Shown here: positions 1 through 10,073 of the stretch, one piece after another
Layout of the letters: every line of letters begins with the position of its first letter
How positions within the stretch are numbered: position 1 is the stretch's first letter
DNA from: Salpingoeca rosetta
Lineage: Eukaryota > Protista > Choanoflagellata
Assembly (NCBI GenBank): GCA_033442325.1
Contig: JAWQFM010000032.1
Coordinates: 252,647 to 264,910 of the forward strand
Length of the DNA stretch: 12,264 bases
Direction of reading: 5' to 3'
Made by a program: the position numbers and the translations under genes
The notes under the pieces: generated by a model
Told to the model about the DNA's origin: nothing
Seen by the model: only the letters and a program-made list of their open reading frames with translations
The model's database searches: none

Positions 1-1
1 G

Positions 2-2
<1 letters not shown>

Positions 3-78
<76 letters not shown>
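3..78. repeat. (CA)n microsatellite, intronic
   Basis: Perfect CA run, followed by degenerate ACACGAT-containing units up to about 150. Confidence 0.98.
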
Positions 79-80
<2 letters not shown>

Positions 81-163
81 ACACGATTCACACACAATAC
101 ACGATACACAAACTACACGATTGCACACACACACGATTGCACACACACGCGCGCGCGACACAG

Positions 164-1430
164 GGCGTGGGGGCGTTCCGATTGGCACGCGGAGTGTGGA
201 TGCGCTTGATGACGACAGTTTCCGGCCAGACTCGACCTTCCGCCAGTCATTCCGCCAGCCGCAGGTCGAATCGTGGCAGCGCGGCAACGTCACAAGGTGG
301 GTGCTTGCAGGGTGCTTGCAGCACGACATGCCGTGTCCTTGTTACCGTGTGTGCGTCTGCGTGTGTCAAGGACACAGGTGAACACGCCCTCGACACTTCA
401 TACACACCCTCATTGCACACGCACTCACACACACGCACCTGCACACCTTCACACCTGCGCACACGTGTGCAGATATGGACAGAACCTTCAGCCGTGGGCC
501 AACAGCTTCCGTGCGTCGCGAGGCATTGTGCCCACCATCAACGCCCTTGACCTTGATGTGACCACCAAGACGACCCCCACCAACGCCGAGGCGTTTGCCA
601 CGGGTCTTCAATTCTCCAATCGCTTCTCCACCACCTCCAGCAGGCGCGCCCCCACCACTCTCTCCGAGGACGACATTGCTAACATCCACCGCGTCGTCGC
701 GCCAGAGGCAGCGGTGCGTAACACGTGCGCGCGCGTGTATGTTTCTATGTGCGTGTGCGTGCGTGCGTGTGTGTTTATGTGTGTGTGTGTGTGTGTGTTG
801 CGGGAGGGAGCCAATGGATCATGTGGCGTGAGCTAGCAGAGCGTTTTCGCCATTTTTCTGAAACGCACACACACACACTCACGCACACACTCACACACTC
901 ACGCACACACGCACTCACACACGCAACCAACCAAACAAACAAACTTCCCAATGCTGCAGGAGGCGCTTGAGTCGTGGCTGCGCGCTGCGCCAGGCTTTGA
1001 GGGTGAAGTGATCAAGCGGATGCTCAGAGACGTCACCACCTCCCTCGAGACGCCGGTAAATCGGCACGGGGTGCTGCTTTGGGTCAACGTTCCATGTTTG
1101 TCTGCGCTTGCACATACACACACGCACACACACACACACACACACACACTCTCTCTCTCTCTCTCACTCTCACTCTCACATCCCTTCCTCCCCCCCCAAA
1201 AAAAAAAAAAACTCACGTACCCACTTGTACTTCCATAGAGCCACACCGCTGAGGCACCCTCCTCCCCGCTCCCAGCCAGCACGTCCAAGACCACCACCTC
1301 CACCGCTGCCAGCAGCGACAAGGTTGGTTGCGTCGCGTCCTCCACCTCGCCGAGCGGGCGCACGCGCTCACGAACGCCAGACCCGGACGTCGTGTCCAAA
1401 TGGGGCGGGCCCGTCACAAGCGTCGTGTGA
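164..1430 (+). CDS. 3' part of a spliced gene for an uncharacterised protein (5' exons lie outside the window); C-terminus ...KWGGPVTSVV*
   Basis: Exons 164-296, 473-713, 960-1055, 1239-1430. All introns are GT..AG and phases join in frame (2,0,0), ending at TGA 1428-1430. Spliced product: RGGVPIGTRSVDALDDDSFRPDSTFRQSFRQPQVESWQRGNVTRYGQNLQPWANSFRASRGIVPTINALD...LSEDDIANIHRVVAPEAAEALESWLRAAPGFEGEVIKRMLRDVTTSLETPSHTAEAPSS...TSVV. Exons are repeat-free and introns microsatellite-rich. No family recognised with confidence. Confidence 0.75.
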
Positions 1431-2273
1431 TTGCGTGATGCACCACGCATGGGGGCGTCATGACAGGAGCCACCCTCGCGTACACCTGCTGTGCACTGGC
1501 TGCGCGCAACCAACGCACGCGCTTGCACATGTCAACATGCCCCCCCTCCACTCTCTTGTCTCTCTATCGTCCCCCCTTTATTGCTGTCTCTTTTTGTCAT
1601 TCATTGTCGCCTTTTTGCCCTGTTGTGTTTTTCATTATGTTTATGTGTTGCTTTTGTTCGCTGTGTAGTTCTCGCAAGTCGCCGTCAACTGGGGCGCATG
1701 TGTGCGTGTGCGTGTGTGTGTGTGTGATGCTTTGTCTGCAAGGTTGCAGCACCATTAAGTGGACTTATCAATGAACGAAAGCATGTGCGACAGCATCGTA
1801 TGTCTTAATCGGTGCGCTGGTAGGTGGGATGTGGGAAGTGCGAGCACTGCACCGACAACCCATGGCGGTGAGTCGGCAGCAGATACTAAAGTACGAGCGT
1901 GCATCCAGCCAGGTGTCCTGTATGGCTGTTGCTGGGCGCGCTCGTTTGATGTGAGGGAGTTGCATGTGAAGCCACTCATGAAGCTGCTCACACACAACAC
2001 TTTGTGGCATCACATCACTCAAAACCTCGCGGCACCAACGTAGCAGCATCTGCACAATGTCACGTCAGTCACTGCTTAGAGAGGGGTCTATTGTGAACAT
2101 CTCTTCTGCTACACACGAGGAAAAAAAAACAAAGGTTGAAACGAAGAGCAGCACGGGATAAAATGTTCAGTCATGGTGCTGACAGGGTTGTTGAGGCGCT
2201 TGTTGTATTTTTAATTACGTCCGTGTTTGACTGTGACAGGTGAGTGGAGTGAAGTGGGCGTCCAGGGGTCTTG

Positions 2274-5200
2274 TCAGAACAACCGTTGGTGTGTGACAGC
2301 CTTTGTTCTTGGCTTGCACGCGCTTGCATGCTGGGCCATCTGCAGTGTGTGCATGTGTACGTGTGCGTGCATGACAATTTGAGTGTGGGAACGTGTCTGC
2401 ATATGTATGGAGTGCGTGTGCGTGCATGTGCGTGAAGCTGGAACAAGACAATAAAGTGCGTTGAAGTACAATGGCACGCGTTTAACACCCGCACACCCAC
2501 TTCAGTTACGGTGTTGAGGGCCTTGGTCACTTCAGTGAGGCTGGCGGCGAGCGTGGTGTCAACCATCTCCTGAAACAACAAGGGGAACATTGAATTGGGA
2601 TGGACAGCATGGCTCTCGTGAGTGCGAGTGGTGGGACGACGTATCGTGGGTGAGCGGCGCCGACATCAACGACTCAACAAGCCTGGGCACCCGCAGCAGC
2701 AGCAGCAGTACGAGCAGCAGCAAGAACACAAGAACAAGAACGAGAACAAGAACAAGAGCGAGAGCGAAAAAAAAAACAGCAAATGAGCAAGCAATAGGAC
2801 CTTCATCAAGGTGCTCTGCAGCGTGTCCTGTGCGCCCACGGGGAGCTGGCTGCACAGCGAGGCGAGATCCCGCAGCACGTGCCGCGGCGCCGCCACCTCC
2901 CCTGCACGCAACACAGACCGCAGAGTGGGGGTGGGTGGGAATGCGTGTGGATATGTTTGTGTGCGCGCATTGAGAGAGTGAGAGAGAGAGTGTGTGTGTG
3001 TGTGTCTGCGACGCTTGTTCTTCTCTCATTCTCTCTGTGTGCATTGTGAGTGTGCGTGTGTGTGTTGCAGAAGATGACAGATATGTCCAGCAGCGGCCAC
3101 AATTGCATGCATGCCAACCTGCTTTGACAGCGCACAGAAAGTTGCGAATAACGGCAATGCGTTGCGACAGCATCTTAATCGCATTGTACTGCCCAGTTAA
3201 CTGCATCTCCACTGCAAACGTGTGTGTGTGTGCATATAACACATGGGAACAAACGAGAGCAGAGCGTCAGGGTGAGGGGTAACCAAGAAATGAGCGCAGT
3301 GCACGTGAACAATGCTCGATGCTCATCTGAGGCACACAGCACCAACAAAGAACACACTGCACTGTCTTGCACGTGTGCCGTGAACAAGAGCGGAAAGCGC
3401 AGAGGAGCAAACGTCTCCATTAGAACCACCACTGCTACCACCATCACCCACGCAAAAACACCAGCACCAAACACCACAGCCAGACCTTGCGATTGATTTG
3501 CTTGCGCGTGCATACCAGACTTGGCAATGTGATCCACGCCTGCACCGCAGCAGCAATGTTGAATGGGAAAACGAAACAGCCAGCACGGCGTCAGTGTTGT
3601 AACAAGGGTCGCAGGGCGTTGGCTGTGTGTGGGTGTGGGTGTGTGTCTGTCTGTCTGTCTGTATGCGTGTGTGTCTGTGCAAGTGCTCGTGGGCATGTGT
3701 GTGCAAATGTGTGCGTGCGGTTGCGTGCATATGCGTGCGTGTCAAGTGAAATCGCACACCAACACAGGACGTGAGGAGGCAAAGCAGATCAAAGGTGTGG
3801 GCGCGTACCGATGCGCTCGGCTTCATCTGTGACAATGGTGAAGGTTGCCTTGAGAAACTTCAGCTGTTGCTGCGCACGTGGCGGGAAGCGATTCAGAGAA
3901 TGAGCGTGAGGAGAAATAAAAAAAAAATATGGTGGCGAGTGATCACTGACACAATCTCTCGCACTTGCGCGCGCACACATATACACATACACACTGACAC
4001 ACAGATGTACATGTACACACACACACACACATGCACATACTGAAACAATCTCTCGCACTTGCGCACACACACACACATACATACTGACATACACTGACAC
4101 ACACTGACAAAAACGCACGCACGCTCAGACACACAGACACAGACACAGACACAGACACACAGACGCAGACACACACAAACACACACGCGCGCGCGTTCAC
4201 CCAACCTCGTCTTGGCGGACTTCCATGAATGTTTCATAGAGGGCGACCGGGAGGGCCTCGCCAGCCACGTCTTGCTTCGGGTCGAGCAGCAGCAGCAGCG
4301 GGGAGTCCGTCAGCTCACACACCTGAGCCAAGATGATTGCGCATGTGGGTGACACGGAGTAACACAGGGTGGCGCATGGATTGAATGGCGTGAGCTGGCA
4401 ACAAACAGCACGAAAGGCGAAGTAAGCAGGGTGCAGCTGAATTGGTCGACACCCATGCAAAACTGTCACATGCAGACGCAAACACGACCACAGGACGGCA
4501 CAACTGCGGTGGCAGACCTTCTTGTGCATGGTGACGTGCGCTTCGGTTGGCGCTGTGCCAATGGAGTACCACCCAAGCAGCTCATAGTTGTCAAAGTTTC
4601 GCTTCACTGTGTGTGTGTGTGTGTGAGTGTGCGTGCGTATGTGTGTGTGTGAGTGCGTGCGTATGTGTGTGTGTGTGCGAGGATGTGCGTGTGTGAGGAT
4701 GTGTGTGTGTGTAAGTGAGTGTGAGTGTGAGTGAGTGTGAGTGTGTGTGAGTGTGTGGTGTGGAGGTGGTTCGTGGTCAGTGCTGGCTTTGTGAGTCGAC
4801 ACATTCGACGTCGACACCAGCAACACACACACACAGATACATACACAGACATAGACACACACCTGCTTCGTCAAGCTGAAGCTGCAGCATTGTGTCGAGA
4901 GAGCCGTCGTCCTGTGTTGCCCAGGCTACCGATGTGCACAGCTCCAGCTTGCGGTCCGATTGTGTGCCATAAATGGCGCCAAGCACTGCCAAAGGGATGA
5001 TAATGGAAGCGTGTGAGACGGCTCGTCTGCAGACATCAGGCCTCAGGGCGCAGCCGCAACACGGACAAATACATCTATGTACACATACACGCACACGCAA
5101 ACAACCGCACAAATGGACAACCACAAACACAGACACACAGACACACAGACACACAGACACACAGACACACAGACACACACATACACAACACCCCCCGACC

Positions 5201-5398
5201 TGGTGGGGTCTGGCGAGGGTCTTCCTGGTTCATGCGGATGCGAGTGTAGTGCTCTGAGATGTTGAGGATGACCATGGGGTGGAGTTGAATCAGGGACGTG
5301 GCCGCGGCATGACCATCCACAACCAAGCTGGTGTCTGCATCCGTCGACAGGGTGGCTGCCTGTGACTCATCGTCCCGGCCCACGTCCATTGCGCTCAT
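2274..5398 (-). CDS. COPS6: COP9 signalosome subunit 6 (CSN6; non-catalytic MPN domain), 10 exons, 323 aa
   Basis: Exons in transcript order: 5398-5200, 4985-4863, 4606-4518, 4322-4206, 3869-3809, 3539-3486, 3211-3119, 2901-2801, 2569-2501, 2339-2274 (972 nt, all GT-AG, phases consistent). Motifs [32 protein letters not shown] (no JAMM His residues), LPVALYE, EAERIGVDHIAK and [12 protein letters not shown] match CSN6 rather than eIF3f or Rpn8. Ends HQRLF*. Confidence 0.95.
5125..5180. repeat. (CACACAGA)n octamer repeat in CSN6 intron 1
   Basis: About six tandem copies visible. Confidence 0.9.
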
Positions 5399-5734
5399 GG
5401 CTGTTCTGCCGTTGTGTGGGTCAGTGAAGATGCGGTGTATGGGAGGTGTGGTGTGGAGGTGCAAAGGTGTGGAGCGTATGGGAGGTGTGGAGCGTGTGGA
5501 GGTGTGGAGCGTGTGGAGGTGGCACTTGATGCTGGCGGTGTGCGACAAACAGACAACAAGCAAGCAAGCAAGCAAGCGAGCAGGACAAGCAGCACCAAAG
5601 AAGCAGTGTACTTGTAGAAAAGTAACGAATATTTTCAATAACTGTTCTTGTCCTGTCGTGAACCGTGTATCCCCGCCAACGCTGCTTCCTCGTTTCGCTC
5701 CTCCCCTCTGCGATCCGCTGACATCAACGTCGAT
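5399..5734. promoter_or_regulatory. Putative bidirectional promoter and 5'UTRs between CSN6 and erlin
   Basis: Head-to-head start codons only 336 bp apart. AT-rich core near 5611-5650 (agaaaagtaacgaatattttcaataac) within otherwise GC-rich DNA. TSS positions cannot be seen. Confidence 0.6.
5437..5522. repeat. G-rich minisatellite, about 17-18 bp unit GGAGGTGTGGAGCGT(A/G)TG
   Basis: Three to four degenerate tandem copies immediately upstream of the CSN6 ATG. Confidence 0.8.
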
Positions 5735-6120
5735 ATGACCGGCATCGTGGGCCCGTTGCTGGTTGCAGCACTGTCGTTCACGCTGATGGTGATGCAGTTT
5801 GGCATCCACAGCGTTCAGGAAGGTTATGTCGCGGTGTACTACAGGTGAAGCCGTCTGTGCTGCTTGCAATGATGTGGTGCTTGCGCTGTTGTCGGTTCGT
5901 CGGTTGGTTCTGTGTCCGTCACAAAGTGTCTGACGTGGACGTTTGCTCCCAGCTAGAATCTGCGGCCTCATCTTGCTTGGGGGCACATCACGATAGAGGA
6001 GGCGCGCTGCTGTCCACGGTGAACGGGCCAGGGTACCACATCATGCTCCCTTTTATCACCAGCTACCGCCAGATCCAGGTGCATACACGTGCTGGTGTGA
6101 GGCCCCGGGAGAGAGAGAGA

Positions 6121-6217
<97 letters not shown>

Positions 6218-7606
6218 AGTAGCTTGCGTGCATCGCCACACAGCGCGTCGCTCCTACGCTTACCCAGCGCTGTGTGTTGATCTCACACTCAACAATCAAC
6301 AACGCGTGTTTGTAGGTGACACTGCAGACGGATGAGGTCACAAATGTACCGTGCGGTACCAGGTACGTTCCGCTGCCAAACCTACAGCCCCCATGCCTCA
6401 AGGCGTGCCCGCGTTCACTCACACACTAAATGCGTGGCGTATTGACTGTGAATGTGAATGTGAAACCACATCACAATTGCAGCGGAGGTGTCATCGTGTA
6501 CTTCGATCGCATTGAAGTCGTCAACATCCTGGATGTTGACCACGGTAAGAGATAGTGCTTGTGTGGTGTGCGGGTGCGTGTGTGTGTATGAGCTTGTGCC
6601 AGTGTGTGCGAGTATGATCTTGTGCGCGCGCGTATGTGTGTTTGTGTCTGTGTGTGTCTGTTCCTTTAATTGCTTGTGTGTGTGCGAGTTTGTGTGTGTG
6701 TGTGTGTGTCATTACTTGTGTGTGTGTGTACATGCTCGTGCGAATGAGTTCCAAATTGCCAATTTGATCATGCATGGAAGAGGCTGACGGCGACGCAAAC
6801 GCTGAGCAAAGTGCTGGGTTGTACATGCGTGTGCTCAAGCCTGCCTCGATTCACACATGTCTGCTTTGATTCACACAATCATGCCATCACCACGACACCA
6901 CCAGTGCACGAGACTGTGAAGAAGTACACGCCGGACTATGACCGCGCCCTCATCTTCCACAAGGTCCACCACGAGCTGAACCAAGTAAGTGAGCACGGTG
7001 ACCACAATAGTTGCACACTAGTCTCGCCGCCTACACATGATGCTGCTCGTGCTGTTGTCGCTGCTGCGCGTGGTTGGTTTCCTCGTATTTGTAAGAGCCA
7101 CGTTTGCTGCCGTCGTTACCATTCACAGCAGCACACGTTTCTCTTGGACACCCTCCCCACTCACCACTCCGACTCAACTCAGCCACGGCATCGACCACAA
7201 TCGCCTAACCACGACGACCACCATCACCATCATCCCCACCACCCACCACGACGCCAACCATGCTGCCCAGTTCTGCAGTGCACACACGCTACAGGAGGTG
7301 TACACGGACTTCTTTGACCAAATTGATGAGAATCTTCGCACGGCCCTACAGACCGATCTCACTGTGATGGCCCCAGGCCTCAAAGTGCTCGTGAGTTGGA
7401 GATATATGGGCAGTGGTGTGTGGTGGTGTGGTGGTGTAGTGTGACGTGTGCGTGTGTCTGTGTGTGTGACGTGTGTCTGTGTGTCTGTGTCTGTGCGTGC
7501 GCGTGCGCGTGTGTGTTGTATTGTGGTATTGGTGCAAGTGACCTTTGCCTCAGCCTGCTTCACCATGATAACTGCATCGCTGTTGTGTTGTGCCACTGTC
7601 ACGTGT

Positions 7607-7637
<31 letters not shown>

Positions 7638-8204
7638 GGTGGTGGTGGTGGTGCAGAGCGTGCGCGTGACCAAGCCACGCATCCCTGACGCAATCCGCAA
7701 CAACTACGAGCTGATGGAGGCTGAAAAGACAAAACTCCTCATTGCGTAAGTGGCCGTGGTGTGTGCGTGCGTGTGTGTGTGTGTGTGTGCGTGTGTGTGT
7801 GTGTGTGTGTGTTTATGAACGGTTGCGTGCGAGTGCATGTGTGTGTGTGTGTGAGTTTATGAACGGTTGAGCGCGAGTGCATGAGTGCATGTGTGCACAA
7901 TTGTGCGTGCGCGTGCGTGCGTGCGCAGCTGTGAGCAAGTGAGTGCGTGCCTACAACATTCACAACTACCACCCACACCCCCCCCCTTACAACCACACCA
8001 CCGCTGCGTGCCGCACGCGTACAGGGCGCAGCACCAGCGCGTGGTGGAGAAAGAGGCAGAGACGGAGCGCAAGCACGCCATCATCTTGGCTGAGAAGAAT
8101 GCAGAGGTCGCGCGCGTGAACAACCAGGCCCGTATTGCTGAGAAGGAGGCCGAGAAGAAGATGGCGTCCATCTCAAGTGCGCGCACGCTTTCGTGTGTGT
8201 GTGT

Positions 8205-8242
<38 letters not shown>

Positions 8243-8486
8243 AATGTGGTGTGTGTGTGTGTGTGTGCGTGTGCAATGTGTGCAGGTGCCTTGAACTGTC
8301 GGCACACCATCACACCACTTACACCCAATCTGCCGTCACTGCTGCCAGATGAGATGTATCTTGAGAAGGAGCGCGCAATTGTGGATGCGGAATTCTACGC
8401 TGCGAAGCGAAACGCAGAGGCAAACCAGGTGCCCTTGTCGTTTCACTATCACACGCTCATGTCCAAGTAGCGGCGGTGGTGTGATC

Positions 8487-8522
<36 letters not shown>

Positions 8523-8834
8523 GTGCGTGTGTGCATGTGTGTCAGTGGATGAGTGGTGTACTCATGCATGTGCGCATGTGTGTCAGTGGATGAGTGGTGT
8601 ACTCATGCATGGTTGCATTGCAACTTCGCTCATGCTTGTACACACACACACACACACACTCACACACACACACATACACACACACATACACATACAAACA
8701 CGTCACCATCTCCATCTTGGATCGTGCCAGCTTCGCCTGACGCCACAATACCTGGAACTGATGAAATACAAGGTCGTGCACGCTTCTTGCGGCATGCGTG
8801 TGCACACTACCCGTGTGTTTCGTGTGTGTATGTG

Positions 8835-8918
<84 letters not shown>

Positions 8919-9110
8919 AAAACGCTGACCGCGTCGCCTCTCTCACCAATCGTCACTGCCATTACCACCACCATCCTGGTCATGCACGCACCACTACTGT
9001 GGCGACAGGCGATTGCCAACAACACCAAGGTGTACTTCGGACCAGACCTCCCCACCATGTTCCTCTCCTCCTCCGCCGTCGCACACCCTGCACACGACGT
9101 GCACCCTTAG
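5735..9110 (+). CDS. ERLIN: Erlin (ER lipid-raft SPFH/band-7 protein, ERLIN1/2 homologue), 11 exons, 321 aa
   Basis: Exons 5735-5844, 5997-6078, 6316-6362, 6483-6544, 6905-6984, 7271-7390, 7657-7745, 8025-8176, 8349-8428, 8731-8772, 9009-9110 (966 nt, all GT-AG, in frame). N-terminal hydrophobic anchor, then [98 protein letters not shown] and NTKVYFG, which are diagnostic erlin motifs. Confidence 0.97.
6109..6214. repeat. Compound (GA)n(GT)n microsatellite in erlin intron 2
   Basis: GA run 6109-6186 (one interruption), then GT run 6187-6214. Confidence 0.97.
7607..7653. repeat. (GTT)n(GGT)n trinucleotide tract abutting the erlin intron 6 acceptor
   Basis: The tract runs directly into CAG at 7654-7656. 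Confidence 0.95.
8533..8611. repeat. 38-bp direct duplication (41-bp period) in erlin intron 9
   Basis: gcatgtgtgtcagtggatgagtggtgtactcatgcatg occurs at 8533-8570 and 8574-8611. Confidence 0.95.
8842..8917. repeat. (GT)n microsatellite in erlin intron 10
   Basis: Perfect run. Confidence 0.98.
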
Positions 9111-9211
9111 CCGAAGGCGTGAGATGCAGTGTGTATGTGTGCGTGCATGAATATGTGTGCGTGCATGTGTATGTGTGCGTGCATGTGCGTGTGTGTTCGC
9201 GTCTGACTCCA

Positions 9212-9252
9212 ACCACCACCACCACCACCACCACCACCACCACCACCACCAC
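9212..9252. repeat. (CAC)n trinucleotide repeat between the converging erlin and FKBP12 3' ends
   Basis: Perfect ACC/CAC run. Confidence 0.95.
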
Positions 9253-9535
9253 ACAAACGCTGCCGCCCAAGGCCAAAATACCTCTCTCGTGCTTTTGTTA
9301 TGGCTTGTTCTCTGGCTTGACACAGTGACGTGTTGCTTATATTTCGTTGTGAACGCTGCACTTGACCGAACGCACACACGCGCGAGTGATGTGGAGACAG
9401 AACAGTGGACGGAATGGGTGGATGTGGGGGTGCCAACGACACATCAAAACAAGGAAACTGCATGCAACTGCAGGGTCACGCGTGTGCATGTGTGTCCGTG
9501 TGTGTGTGTGCACTTGTGCTGGAGTGTTGTCGGGT

Positions 9536-10009
9536 TCAGAAGTCCAGCACCTCAATCTCGAACGTCAATGTCTACACGTAATGTGTGTGTGTGCATGTGA
9601 GTGTGTGCGTCCATAACGATTGATGTCGATGATTGATCGAGGGGGAGTGATGAGCAAACCATATGAACATCTCCGTCCACTGCGCGCACAGGAAGCAAGC
9701 AAAGCAAGCAACTTCCTTGCCTCTTGGCAAATCATGCCATTGTACGTACCGCGTTTGGGCCAATGCCCCATGCAGGGAAACCCTGGGGGCCATACGCCTG
9801 ACGAAGATAACACGTGCGTGCGTGCGTGTGTGTGCGTGCGTGTGCGTGCGTGTGCGTGCGTGTGTGTATGTGTGTGTGTAAATGTGAGTGGGCAGGCAAA
9901 GAGGAGGGTGACATGGGTGGTTGAAACGTGTGGTAGTTGACTGGACATGGAAAGAACAGCAACTACAAGAAGTGCGCGCGCGCACACGCACGCACACACA
10001 GCCACACAG

Positions 10010-10073
<64 letters not shown>

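Noticed and set aside
2171-2500. Long read-through C-terminus for CSN6 (ORF 2171..2590)
   Set aside because: Splicing 2501>2339 gives a short terminus ending RLF*, similar to the GLFF* end of animal CSN6. The read-through passes a CA-rich intron.
5869-5933. Possible box C/D snoRNA in erlin intron 1 (ATGATGT...CTGA)
   Set aside because: Box C is imperfect, there is no convincing terminal stem, and I could not recognise an rRNA guide.
5075-5986. 303-aa minus-strand ORF suggesting an N-terminally extended CSN6
   Set aside because: The extension overlaps erlin exon 1 antisense, crosses the promoter minisatellite and has no CSN6 similarity. The ATG at 5398 has good context (gccATG) and gives a normal-length protein.
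3951-8611. Direct repeats as a possible CRISPR array or transposon target-site duplication
   Set aside because: Each has only two copies, lies in a eukaryotic intron, and has no regular spacers, terminal inverted repeats or transposase.
9647-9653. GTGATGA box C-like motif
   Set aside because: It lies antisense to the host FKBP12 intron and has no suitably placed box D.
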